From a virus (taxonomy: Duplodnaviria; Caudoviricetes), in the IMG/VR virus record IMGVR_UViG_3300042914_004203, positions 1 through 56,571 of that record: a stretch of DNA of 56,571 bases. One strand, written 5' to 3'. This document shows positions 45,831-53,868 of the stretch, piece by piece (within the stretch, counting starts at the first letter, position 1; each line of letters starts with the position of its first letter). Under the pieces are notes generated by a model, which was not told the origin of the DNA, ran no database searches, and worked only from the letters and a program-made list of their open reading frames with translations. The position numbers were made by a program, and so were the translations under genes.

Positions 45831-45903
45831 TAACCCCTTGAATATCAACGACTTGCACGCGCGGGGGGCGCGCCCACGTAACTATATAATAATCAAGTAC
45901 TTA
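45831..45903. repeat. Double-palindrome element E10
   Basis: Dyads at 45831-45855 and 45879-45903, 23-bp spacer; the last 3 nt are the stop codon of 45901-46395. Confidence 0.8.
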
Positions 45904-46395
45904 TGTCAAACTAAATTTAATATTACTCTTTCTATATTCTCTTACCTTACGCATAGCATATAATGTAGCATCTACTTCACTTAAACTAGCTTTAGTACCC
46001 ATATTATATTTACGAATCTTTTTAATACCATGAAAGAACTTCTTTTTCCTTTGCATCTCTCCATTATTACATTCCCATTTAGTATTCTTATACTGCCAAA
46101 TATGCCTTAATTCATGAGCAACTAGATCAATTAATGATTCTTCCCAGCTATATGTTTTAACAGGTAAATATCCTCTCTCACCGCCACTAATATAAGGCTT
46201 AATATACTTGGTATATTTAGGCACACCAATATGTGCTCTCATACTCACACTCCAAGCCCTACCATGAAAGCTATACTTGGTATTACCAAAGTCTATCTTC
46301 TGAACATCTTTAAGGTGCAATCCTTGGGGCAAGCACCACTTAACAATTTCTTTTAATTTATCTGAACAATAGTTGGTTGTATTAATGAGCTTCAT
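45901..46395 (-). CDS. HExxH metallopeptidase-like protein
   Basis: LVAHELRHIWQ with a downstream EVDA; TTGACA-N16-TATTAT promoter. Confidence 0.65.
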   Translation of the reverse strand: MKLINTTNYCSDKLKEIVKWCLPQGLHLKDVQKIDFGNTKYSFHGRAWSVSMRAHIGVPKYTKYIKPYISGGERGYLPVKTYSWEESLIDLVAHELRHIWQYKNTKWECNNGEMQRKKKFFHGIKKIRKYNMGTKASLSEVDATLYAMRKVREYRKSNIKFSLT

Positions 46396-46431
46396 AAACT
46401 CAATAATATATTAAATTAATTTTATGTCAAA

Positions 46432-46623
46432 TCAAAAAGGCACAGAGCTATCGTATGTTACTATAACAGGATGTCCCTCGTCCAGAATATCTATCTGTTT
46501 ATCAGTAAAAACTAATGTAGCTTTATAATACTCATCATTATTACTAATAGTTATATCACTATTTAGTTGCTCTTCGTTTAGCTTTTTAAGTTTATTTAAT
46601 AGGTCGCGGTAGGTAATTGTCAT
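46432..46623 (-). CDS. Hypothetical protein
   Basis: TTGACT-N16-TAAAGT-N6-ATG. Confidence 0.65.
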   Translation of the reverse strand: MTITYRDLLNKLKKLNEEQLNSDITISNNDEYYKATLVFTDKQIDILDEGHPVIVTYDSSVPF

Positions 46624-47061
46624 ATATTTACTTTAATCTAAATTCTTATTTAGTCAATTTCTTTTTCTTCTTTGAGGAAGGTTTATTCCATGTAGGATTA
46701 CTCCATATACGATGAATCATTTTAAGGTATCGCCTTCTTTCTGCCCAAGTCATTTCGTAGTTTTGAAATATCATATATTATTTAGTTAATAGTATTCTTA
46801 ATAGCTCTGATGCTCCACCTGCTTCATCAGCAAACTCTTTGAACAATTCAACTATTTGAATATTAGATAATTGGCCGCGCTCGTAATTTATTATTTTATT
46901 AATATCAATCATATTTAATAATGATTAAGATAAATATAAAGAGCCGTGAAAGTTATGATAAGAAAGGCAACTATTGTATCTCCTGTGATCATACAAATGG
47001 CAATATTAATCCTGCAATAACAAAGCCAAGTGAAATTAACAAGGAAACTTGAATGATGATC

Positions 47062-47289
47062 TTACTCATCATCCTCGTCCTCATCGCACTCGACATCAAC
47101 TGCTTCGAAGGTATAATCAACCTCGTCCCAATCAAGGGAGAAGCCATTTGCGTCTGTGCAATTCTCTGCGAGTTCCATAGCCTTGTCAATCGCTTCCATA
47201 TCATTCGTGGCTTCCACCTCGATGTCTACTTCTGCGATCTGGTTGCGTTGCATACGAATCGTGAATTTTTTTGTTTCGGTGTTGTTCAT
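47062..47289 (-). CDS. Acidic hypothetical protein
   Basis: TTGACT-N16-TATAGT-N6-ATG; VEATNDMEAIDKA motif. Confidence 0.7.
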   Translation of the reverse strand: MNNTETKKFTIRMQRNQIAEVDIEVEATNDMEAIDKAMELAENCTDANGFSLDWDEVDYTFEAVDVECDEDEDDE

Positions 47290-47319
47290 AGGTTTACTAT
47301 AATGTATTTTTTAATATAG

Positions 47320-47586
47320 TCAAATACTATTTTTGATTAATTCTACTTTCCAGTTCTTGTTAATCCAGCTAGTAATCATATCAGTATAATAAGTAGTAGT
47401 TATTTGCCACAAATCTCTTTCGATTCTAATCCTATCAAAGCTATAATAGATATATTGATTAACTAATTTGCCTGTGCCATAATTGCTATCAAGCACATCT
47501 ATTTTAATATTAGTTAAAGTCTTGGGAATAGACACCTTGATCTTTCCGCCAACAGCATACTCGCCAATCTTGAATGTTTTAGTCAT
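47320..47586 (-). CDS. Hypothetical protein
   Basis: TTGACA-N16-TATATT-N6-ATG. Confidence 0.7.
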   Translation of the reverse strand: MTKTFKIGEYAVGGKIKVSIPKTLTNIKIDVLDSNYGTGKLVNQYIYYSFDRIRIERDLWQITTTYYTDMITSWINKNWKVELIKNSI

Positions 47587-47606
47587 TCAATTAATATATG
47601 CTAAAT

Positions 47607-47813
47607 TTATATTTTGTCAATCCTCGATGCTTTGAAGCTTTCGCATTCGAATCCTGTGAAATCTTTTATTGCTTGACCGCCCCTGCAGTTCAAGTTGCCA
47701 AAGCCTTTGTCCGCTTGATATTTACTTAAATCAACATAAATAGTATTTGGTAAGATACCATTAATAATACCATTAGGTTGCTTGTAGACTATATCGTATA
47801 ATTTGTATCTCAT
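47607..47813 (-). CDS. Hypothetical protein
   Basis: Start moved to ATG 47813 because the longer ORF runs through tRNA-Thr. Confidence 0.55.
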   Translation of the reverse strand: MRYKLYDIVYKQPNGIINGILPNTIYVDLSKYQADKGFGNLNCRGGQAIKDFTGFECESFKASRIDKI

Positions 47814-47821
47814 ATTTAACG

Positions 47822-47893
47822 AGCCAGAAATCGGATTCGAACCGATGACCTGCGGTTTACAAAACCGCTGCACTACCGCTGTGCTATTCTGGC
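47822..47893 (-). tRNA. tRNA-Thr(TGT)
   Basis: Acceptor GCCAGAA/TTCTGGC, anticodon arm GCGGT-TTTGTAA-ACCGC. Confidence 0.9.
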
Positions 47894-47914
47894 CTATTTA
47901 TTATTATGATACTA

Positions 47915-48112
47915 TTATTTTACTTTTTCAAGGATATCTTGTTCTTTTACCCATTGAACATAAACTAAATCAACAAATATTTCATATCTAATACTATAGT
48001 CCCAATTTAAATTTGCTTGTCTTATATTAATTATTTCACCAATTACTATTTCATTATTGTAAATGCACTTATATTTTACTTTATCTCCAACCTTGTATTT
48101 AGGATTACTCAT
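47915..48112 (-). CDS. Small SH3/KOW-like protein
   Basis: PKYKVGDKV...WVKEQDI pattern. Confidence 0.6.
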   Translation of the reverse strand: MSNPKYKVGDKVKYKCIYNNEIVIGEIINIRQANLNWDYSIRYEIFVDLVYVQWVKEQDILEKVK

Positions 48113-48229
48113 AGACTTAATAAAAATTTAGCTATGCCAAATATTATAAGTCCGATAATCAAAGTAAATATATATTCTGAGCCGTCTTTCATTTAATTCT
48201 CTAAAAGCTAAGTATATAAAAAGACCCCC

Positions 48230-48285
48230 TGTACCGAGGTAGATGCCGCCGACCCATTTCGGATCAGCGGTTAGGCCTCGGCACA
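48230..48285 (-). other. Strong GC-rich nested hairpin 3' of the intron-like core
   Basis: GUGCCGAGG/CCUCGGUAC outer stem and CCGCUGAUCC-GAAAU-GGGUCGGCGG inner stem, followed by GGGGGUCUUUUU. Confidence 0.65.
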
Positions 48286-48286
48286 C

Positions 48287-48530
48287 CTTAATTGTTAAAC
48301 TTATTATTGTTAATTCTAATAAGAGCGGACTGTATAATGCTACTATAATATCACTAATATAGTAGTTGGGTCAGAATGATAGATTATTGTTGGAATCTCA
48401 CTATCTCAGTCTCTACACCTTCCTATCAACATAAATTCCAGATAGGCTTGGCTCGGTAATGTCATCTCAGATTTCTACCGAATTTACTCCACTTTCTACA
48501 TACTTAGTTTTTAAAGAACTACTAAGTATT
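48287..48530 (-). ncRNA. Group I intron-like ribozyme core (boundaries approximate, no host gene seen)
   Basis: P AAAUUCGGUAGAA (48473-48485), Q AUUACCGAGCCAAGC (48446-48460), R GAAGGUGUAGAGACUG (48407-48422) and S UAUACAGUCC (48327-48336) in the right order; P4, P6, P7, P8 and P9 all pair. Confidence 0.75.
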
Positions 48531-48554
48531 ACACTCAAAAATAAAAGAAAAATA

Positions 48555-48915
48555 TGGTTTCGGCGACACCAAAAAACGCTCACAGGATATATGGCTTTAG
48601 CAGGGTTCCGCTTTACTAAAGCATCCAATCTGTGATCTAATACGGAAAATTTTCCACTGGCATCTCAGTGCCCCAACGCACATCTTAGGCCAATGATTCG
48701 GTTAGTTCGTCCATGTTTTTTATCGAGGCTTTTAGCGAAATACTTTGCGGTATTTTTCTCGCAAAGGGTATACTTTTCGCTTTAGGTTAACGGACAACCT
48801 TATTAATCTCGCCCCGTTGATATCAAAGAACATACAGGGAACGAAAGACCATCAAGAGATCAACCTCGACATATCTTCCAATACATCCTCTCGCAACCGA
48901 GAGTTTGCCCTGTAT
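48555..48915 (-). ncRNA. Candidate ~360-nt highly structured RNA
   Basis: No ORF over 60 aa on this strand; TTGACG-N17-TAATAT promoter; at least six stems and two pseudoknot pairings; terminal hairpin and U-tract. Confidence 0.6.
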
Positions 48916-49108
48916 CAATATATATTAATTGTTTTTTTATTTTTCGTCAAGTTTTTTTTCTAGTTGATCCACTCCCAATAAATCGCCAAACAAAGCCCCG
49001 AGAAAATTAAAACAATCTCCATATGATAAACTTTTCTCCATTTCTTTTTTGCTCATACAAGTATTATACATCAAATACAATATTTTGTAGAACATTTATT
49101 TTTTTATT

Positions 49109-49180
49109 CTGCCTAAATAGGACTCGAACCTATAACCATACCGTTAACAGCGGTACGCTCTACCATTGAGCTATTAGGCA
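49109..49180 (-). tRNA. tRNA-Asn(GTT)
   Basis: Acceptor TGCCTAA/TTAGGCA, anticodon arm TACCG-CTGTTAA-CGGTA. Confidence 0.9.
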
Positions 49181-49183
49181 AAA

Positions 49184-49249
49184 CGGCGAGGGTTTACGAT
49201 ACCCACAAACGATTCGCTTATTACGGAAGCGACCACCGATGACCTCACC
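49184..49249 (-). ncRNA. tRNA-like element with a GTA loop and non-canonical D and T arms
   Basis: 7-bp GGTGAGG/CCTCGCC stem, TCGCTT-CCGTAAT-AAGCGA arm and GTTTGTG/CGTAAAC arm; 3 nt upstream of tRNA-Asn. Confidence 0.4.
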
Positions 49250-49276
49250 ATCACCTCACATAAATCTTTGTCTACT

Positions 49277-49627
49277 TTAGGCCAATTCTAGTTCGCTGTC
49301 AAGTTTCTTGGTTTTACCCATCCAGCTTTCGGGCATAATGTGTTTGAACCAATCTTGCATCGAAGGAATACGACCCAAATCTTCAACGACATGCTGTTCG
49401 CCAATCCAGCGAGTAGGAATCTTTTTGCCGTTGGATAATGTGATCGTATGACCAAATATCCTCTCACACATAAATATTCCTTCGGCGTGATGACGCAACG
49501 CACGATGACGGAAGTCTGCCATCATCATCTTTGATTCATCGAACCAATCGTGAATCTTCTGATAATCTTCGGGAACGCCTCCCCATTTCTTTGCTGAAGA
49601 TATAGAATGATGGTAAGGGTTAGCCAT
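49277..49627 (-). CDS. DUF6915-like protein
   Basis: PYHHSISSAKKWGG, IHDWFDESK, RHRALRHH and EQHVVEDLG motifs. Confidence 0.75.
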   Translation of the reverse strand: MANPYHHSISSAKKWGGVPEDYQKIHDWFDESKMMMADFRHRALRHHAEGIFMCERIFGHTITLSNGKKIPTRWIGEQHVVEDLGRIPSMQDWFKHIMPESWMGKTKKLDSELELA

Positions 49628-50130
49628 TAGAATGTCTCCTCGGTAGTATTCACGCTTTCAACACGCTCATTAAACTCAAGACTAATCTTGCGATTAAGAA
49701 CATCAAAGCTGAATGTGCCGTAAGAACCTTCGTTGATTTCCCAGCCCATGTGCGTAGATGCTAACTTATCATAGCATACTTCATGCACGAGTTCTTCAAC
49801 ACAACCTTCACGAGCAGGCAGTTCTTCCATCTTCTTCTTCTTTTCATTCCAATGGTATCCAGCCTCAAGCCTAGACCCTTGAATATTATCGAGGGGTGCG
49901 GCTACATCTTTATCACGATGGTCGTAATAATTAACAGCGTTAATCTGACCGCTATCGCCACAACCATCAAATGTTGCTTCAATAGAAGTAATCCTAGTAT
50001 TGTTTTCTAGGTAATCAAATAATGCTTTTGCATTACGCTTGACTGCTTCGGCTTTGGTTAGACGCTCTTCTGCTATCTTCTGATAGATGTCGTTCATCTT
50101 GGGTAATTTAATTTTTTTGGATTTGCTCAT
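49627..50130 (-). CDS. DUF6878-like protein
   Basis: FDGCGDSGQI and GWEINEGSYG motifs; start moved to ATG 50130 (TTGACT-N16-TATGCT-N6-ATG). Confidence 0.75.
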   Translation of the reverse strand: MSKSKKIKLPKMNDIYQKIAEERLTKAEAVKRNAKALFDYLENNTRITSIEATFDGCGDSGQINAVNYYDHRDKDVAAPLDNIQGSRLEAGYHWNEKKKKMEELPAREGCVEELVHEVCYDKLASTHMGWEINEGSYGTFSFDVLNRKISLEFNERVESVNTTEETF

Positions 50131-50160
50131 ACATTGAGCATACCACAAACTAAATCCTAG

Positions 50161-50301
50161 TCAAGACCCTCGGCGACTTTTCTTTTTCTTCTTAAAGATA
50201 TTAAAGATATCACACTTATAATCATATAGCTTACCGCATACCCAATAAGTGCTATACATCGATATCCAAAGTACGAGTGCAATTGATATTAATTTGATCA
50301 T
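50161..50301 (-). CDS. Small membrane protein
   Basis: Start moved to ATG 50301 (MIKLISIALVLW...). Confidence 0.5.
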   Translation of the reverse strand: MIKLISIALVLWISMYSTYWVCGKLYDYKCDIFNIFKKKKKSRRGS

Positions 50302-50306
50302 ATTAT

Positions 50307-50474
50307 TTAAATCCTTGACATTCCTAGTGGGTGGATCTTTAGCAACAAAGCTTGAAGCTTTTCCAGCGTGTCCTCGTAACCCCAACTCTGTCTATGTTTA
50401 ACATCATTTATTTGATCCATAACACAATCTTGAATTAATCTCCACTCATCTAGAGATAGGTTATTTTGGTTCAT
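50307..50474 (-). CDS. Small hypothetical protein (55 aa, not in the ORF track)
   Basis: TTGACT-N17-TAAACT-N6-ATG; MNQNNLSLDEWRLIQDC... Confidence 0.6.
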   Translation of the reverse strand: MNQNNLSLDEWRLIQDCVMDQINDVKHRQSWGYEDTLEKLQALLLKIHPLGMSRI

Positions 50475-50641
50475 AAGATTAGTTTATTTTACTTATTTAG
50501 CTTAGTCAATTACTTATTTAAAGTTTCTATAAGATGATCTATGGTAGCGTGTTGCGAAGGATCGACCTGTTCCTTTGATGCCACAAGAGCATAAATTAAT
50601 ACGCTAAGTTCTTCTCTATTAAATACAAAAGTTCTCATATA

Positions 50642-50926
50642 TTATTTAATATTAGCTTTATTTAGAGTCCAATAAATATTATACTTTTTACTTAGACCAG
50701 AATTATTAAATTTATTAATTCTATTAATCTTATTTACAGATAAGTGCTTCTTATTTCGCTTCTTGAAAGTCTTATATCTTTTCTTTGTTCTTTGTTTCTT
50801 ATTTAGCCAATAGCGAATCGGCTTTGTATCAACATAATAATATTTGGATCTAAGATAACTAATAATAGGAATAGTCGCCGAGACTATCAAAGTAAGCAAA
50901 AATAAATAAGCATATAGTTGGTTCAT
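50642..50926 (-). CDS. Basic membrane-anchored protein
   Basis: N-terminal hydrophobic segment and a K/R-rich tail. Confidence 0.55.
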   Translation of the reverse strand: MNQLYAYLFLLTLIVSATIPIISYLRSKYYYVDTKPIRYWLNKKQRTKKRYKTFKKRNKKHLSVNKINRINKFNNSGLSKKYNIYWTLNKANIK

Positions 50927-50928
50927 AT

Positions 50929-51165
50929 TTATCTATTTTGCTCTAGTTTATTTAGTATGTCAAGTACTATATTTTTATGTTCATCTTTTAAATTGGCACT
51001 ATATTTATTTAATATAGGTTGAATTGCAACATCTCTAAATGACTTAATGAAGTTAAATTTAAACTCATAGCTCATATTCATCTGTTGCCATTCATTTGCG
51101 AAACATATCACAAGATAGCCAAGTTCTTCTTCTGATAGTGCTTTTATTTGGTTATTTGTTATCAT
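50929..51165 (-). CDS. Hypothetical protein
   Basis: 78-aa ORF in a tightly packed operon. Confidence 0.6.
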   Translation of the reverse strand: MITNNQIKALSEEELGYLVICFANEWQQMNMSYEFKFNFIKSFRDVAIQPILNKYSANLKDEHKNIVLDILNKLEQNR

Positions 51166-51572
51166 TTGAATATTTTTTTATTATTTCCATTTCTTATGAT
51201 AGGAAATGATCTATTGTTATTTGGGTCTGTGCCATTGACAAATTCAGTATAATCATCATAGCCATCATTATCAGAATCTCTTAGTTCATTTTGATTTCTT
51301 GCTGGCTTGTATTTGGTGCTAATCCATTCGCCATTAACCCAATAGCGACCATCTTTAACTTCGGCCTTATTTAAGGCTACCGCTTTCCTATCTTCAGCTT
51401 CGCTCTGGGCTCTAGCTTCGGCTTCTCTGGAGGATTCTGGAGCTTCTTTGTAGTAATTTATTTTTAGTATAGGATTCTCATTAAACTTGTCGAACCCAGA
51501 ATGAATCTCATTAATAAAATCATCACCATAACTATTATAGGTTATTGCCACTAATAGTATTAGTATTTTCAT
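51162..51572 (-). CDS. Secreted protein with a bacterial TSP3-like Ca-binding repeat
   Basis: Signal peptide; DSDNDGYDDYTEFVNGTDPNN. Confidence 0.65.
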   Translation of the reverse strand: MKILILLVAITYNSYGDDFINEIHSGFDKFNENPILKINYYKEAPESSREAEARAQSEAEDRKAVALNKAEVKDGRYWVNGEWISTKYKPARNQNELRDSDNDGYDDYTEFVNGTDPNNNRSFPIIRNGNNKKIFK

Positions 51573-51928
51573 TATTTATATTTCTGGTTTGATAGTTCAG
51601 CTTTACCCTCGTTGCACTCTGGTAATACCATCCAAACAACGCCATCTTTAGCTTCAACAACCTTCTTTTGGCAGAATCCCAACTGACAATTATTACTAAT
51701 CTCTACAATGTTATTTGTAGTATAGATTATATAATCATTTAGCTCTTGAGCATTACCATTTAAAGATAATAAGATAAAAAGTAGTGTGGTTTTCGCTAGG
51801 TGAAAGGGGTCTAAACTCCTAGCTGGTTGACCACCAACCTTGCCTTGGGTCACGGCTTCCAAGATATACTTATTATATTGTTTATTTCCCATAAAGTCAA
51901 TAGTATATCTAAAATAACTTAAAATCAA
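51572..51928 (-). CDS. Hypothetical protein (start uncertain)
   Basis: ORF overlapping both neighbours, with an internal hydrophobic segment. Confidence 0.45.
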   Translation of the reverse strand: MILSYFRYTIDFMGNKQYNKYILEAVTQGKVGGQPARSLDPFHLAKTTLLFILLSLNGNAQELNDYIIYTTNNIVEISNNCQLGFCQKKVVEAKDGVVWMVLPECNEGKAELSNQKYK

Positions 51929-52335
51929 TCAAAATAAGCCAAATCTTTATTAGCTTTCTTATTTAGTTTAAACCCAAGAAACTTTATTATTTGTTTATTT
52001 GTCATAGGTTTTGTAACAATTTCTTTATATATGTAATTCTTATCTACTGCTATAAGATCCCATTCTTTTATAATGCAATTATACTCATTATTTATTATCT
52101 TAATAGCTATAAAATTTAAGCTAACTTTAATTGTTATATATTTAGTTTTGCTCTCTAGTAATATTATCTTTTCGCCACTATTTGAATATATATCATTAAT
52201 GCTAATTATGCTTATTTCTTTTAAACTATTCAATAAATCAAGGTCTATTATTGCCCAATTACCTATTATTTTTTGAGGATGCTTTAGCCTATCATAATAT
52301 AACTCAAGTTTATCACTTAATGATTTAAACTTCAC
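51925..52335 (-). CDS. Hypothetical protein
   Basis: 136-aa ORF with a GTG start. Confidence 0.55.
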   Translation of the reverse strand: MKFKSLSDKLELYYDRLKHPQKIIGNWAIIDLDLLNSLKEISIISINDIYSNSGEKIILLESKTKYITIKVSLNFIAIKIINNEYNCIIKEWDLIAVDKNYIYKEIVTKPMTNKQIIKFLGFKLNKKANKDLAYFD

Positions 52336-52571
52336 ATCTAATATTATACATTAAAATCGGGGCTAATTATAGTTTTATTAATTCTCTTATTAGTTCTATT
52401 CCTAGTAATATCCATAGTATATAGATTAACCTTTTTAGCCATTTTTCTGCTCTATTATTTAGATATTTTAGTTTTTTTATTATGTAGTTCACACCATATA
52501 CTACACAAAGATAAAAAGAATATAATTTATTTTAAATTTTCTCTTGACTTATTTAGAAATATAAAAGAAAA

Positions 52572-52796
52572 TCATACCCCTTTAACACCCTTATATTTAT
52601 TATATTTATTACCTTTTCTTATCTGTCCCCAACTATTTAACAGAGTATTTTTTAACTTATAATAAACTAAAGATAAACCAATAGGTATTACCATAAGCAA
52701 GAATAACAATACTCCAATTAACAGAATAAAAGGTTTAAATTCCCTCTTACCTAATGCCATTTCTATACCTAACAAAGACCTAATTTGATTTTTCAT
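52572..52796 (-). CDS. Small membrane protein
   Basis: One hydrophobic segment. Confidence 0.45.
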   Translation of the reverse strand: MKNQIRSLLGIEMALGKREFKPFILLIGVLLFLLMVIPIGLSLVYYKLKNTLLNSWGQIRKGNKYNKYKGVKGV

Positions 52797-53199
52797 ACCC
52801 CTTTTTAATATATCCTTTCTATTTATCTCCTCTACGCTTAATATACCTCTTTATGTTATTTAAAACAACTAAAATATATGCAGATAGCCCCAAAATCCCT
52901 ATTATCAAAGCGGTAAGTGCGATTGATACCACTAACAGGATAATCGTGCCTTCTATGCTAGAGCCAAAGTAAATATACATATTTAGTCCTTAAACTCTAT
53001 AAGAAAAGATATAATAAACAACAACGCAAAAGCTCCTATTACAAAGTAAACACTATTCATATCTTCTTTAGTATATCCTTAATATCCTTTTTTGAAAAGC
53101 CAAATTGTAAGATTTTACTCAATACTGCCACAAGATAGTGCTTCTCGGACTTCTTCAATTTATCGGCTTTTTTCTTAAATTTAGCCACGACCAAGCCCT

Positions 53200-53403
53200 T
53201 TAGTTGCTTTCTGCTTCCTCTGCCAGCTCACGCCTATAATCTTCAATTTCTGTGATAGTATCATCTGCTGGCATATATTCAAATAACAAGTCTACTAGAT
53301 CACTAACAGAGCTATGATAGTATAAGCTATAAATATACTCTTGCTCATCTTCATTAAGAGTTTTCATATATTCTTTTAGATTCTTGAAGTTATTTTTGCT
53401 CAT
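53200..53403 (-). CDS. Hypothetical protein
   Basis: 67-aa ORF with TTGACC upstream. Confidence 0.6.
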   Translation of the reverse strand: MSKNNFKNLKEYMKTLNEDEQEYIYSLYYHSSVSDLVDLLFEYMPADDTITEIEDYRRELAEEAESN

Positions 53404-53616
53404 AAGGTATAGTATCTACCAATTTTATTACTTGGTCAATCTCTTTTGCAAAATTTTCTGATGGGTGATGGTGGTAATAGTCTTTTAATGCTCTGAAAAC
53501 TATGTTAAATTGTTCTTCATTTAGAGTAAATGTTTTAGTTTTCACTATTATTGGAAATAAGATAAACAAACCAAAAGAAAAATGCTGTGATAGCTAATGG
53601 AACGATCAATCCCATA

Positions 53617-53868
53617 TTAGTAGATATTTTCTACAAAATGGATAGCTTCTTCTCTAACATACCAATCCCAATTCTCTCCTACAACAACACAATAATGCTC
53701 AGAGTTTGGAATACTAGAAATCTTGCCATAAAACTGATCGCCATCAACTTGAAACATAACCTTTTTACCAATATTTCTTTCCATTACCTCAATCTTTGCC
53801 TCATCATTAGTATGATTATCGGCAGTTTGAGGATATTTAGCATCATAGTCAAGAGGATTTGCGTTCAT
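53617..53868 (-). CDS. Small SH3-like hypothetical protein
   Basis: ATGA overlap with the MazG-like gene; IGKKVMF..FYGKI pattern. Confidence 0.6.
   Translation of the reverse strand: MNANPLDYDAKYPQTADNHTNDEAKIEVMERNIGKKVMFQVDGDQFYGKISSIPNSEHYCVVVGENWDWYVREEAIHFVENIY

Noticed and set aside
35768-45903. Palindromic repeats as a CRISPR array
   Set aside because: Copies are degenerate, come in pairs hundreds to thousands of bases apart, have related rather than unique spacers, and no cas genes are present.
37435-45903. Elements as classical integron attC sites or intrinsic terminators
   Set aside because: No consistent RYYYAAC/GTTRRRY ends and no integron integrase in the window; no U-tracts; a real terminator (44814-44845) sits separately next to E9.
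48230-48285. GC hairpin as group II intron domain V
   Set aside because: No catalytic triad with the correctly placed two-nucleotide bulge, and no other group II domains or maturase.
48555-48915. Structured RNA as tmRNA or RNase P RNA
   Set aside because: It has a short frame (MDELTESLA) after a pseudoknot and ends in ACCA, but there is no tRNA-Ala-like acceptor stem or T-loop, and no GAGGAAAGUCC RNase P signature.
52882-52896. GATAGCCCCAAAAT matching the 5' end region of tRNA-Glu (40778-40791)
   Set aside because: A single 14-bp match with no further tRNA structure; compatible with chance.
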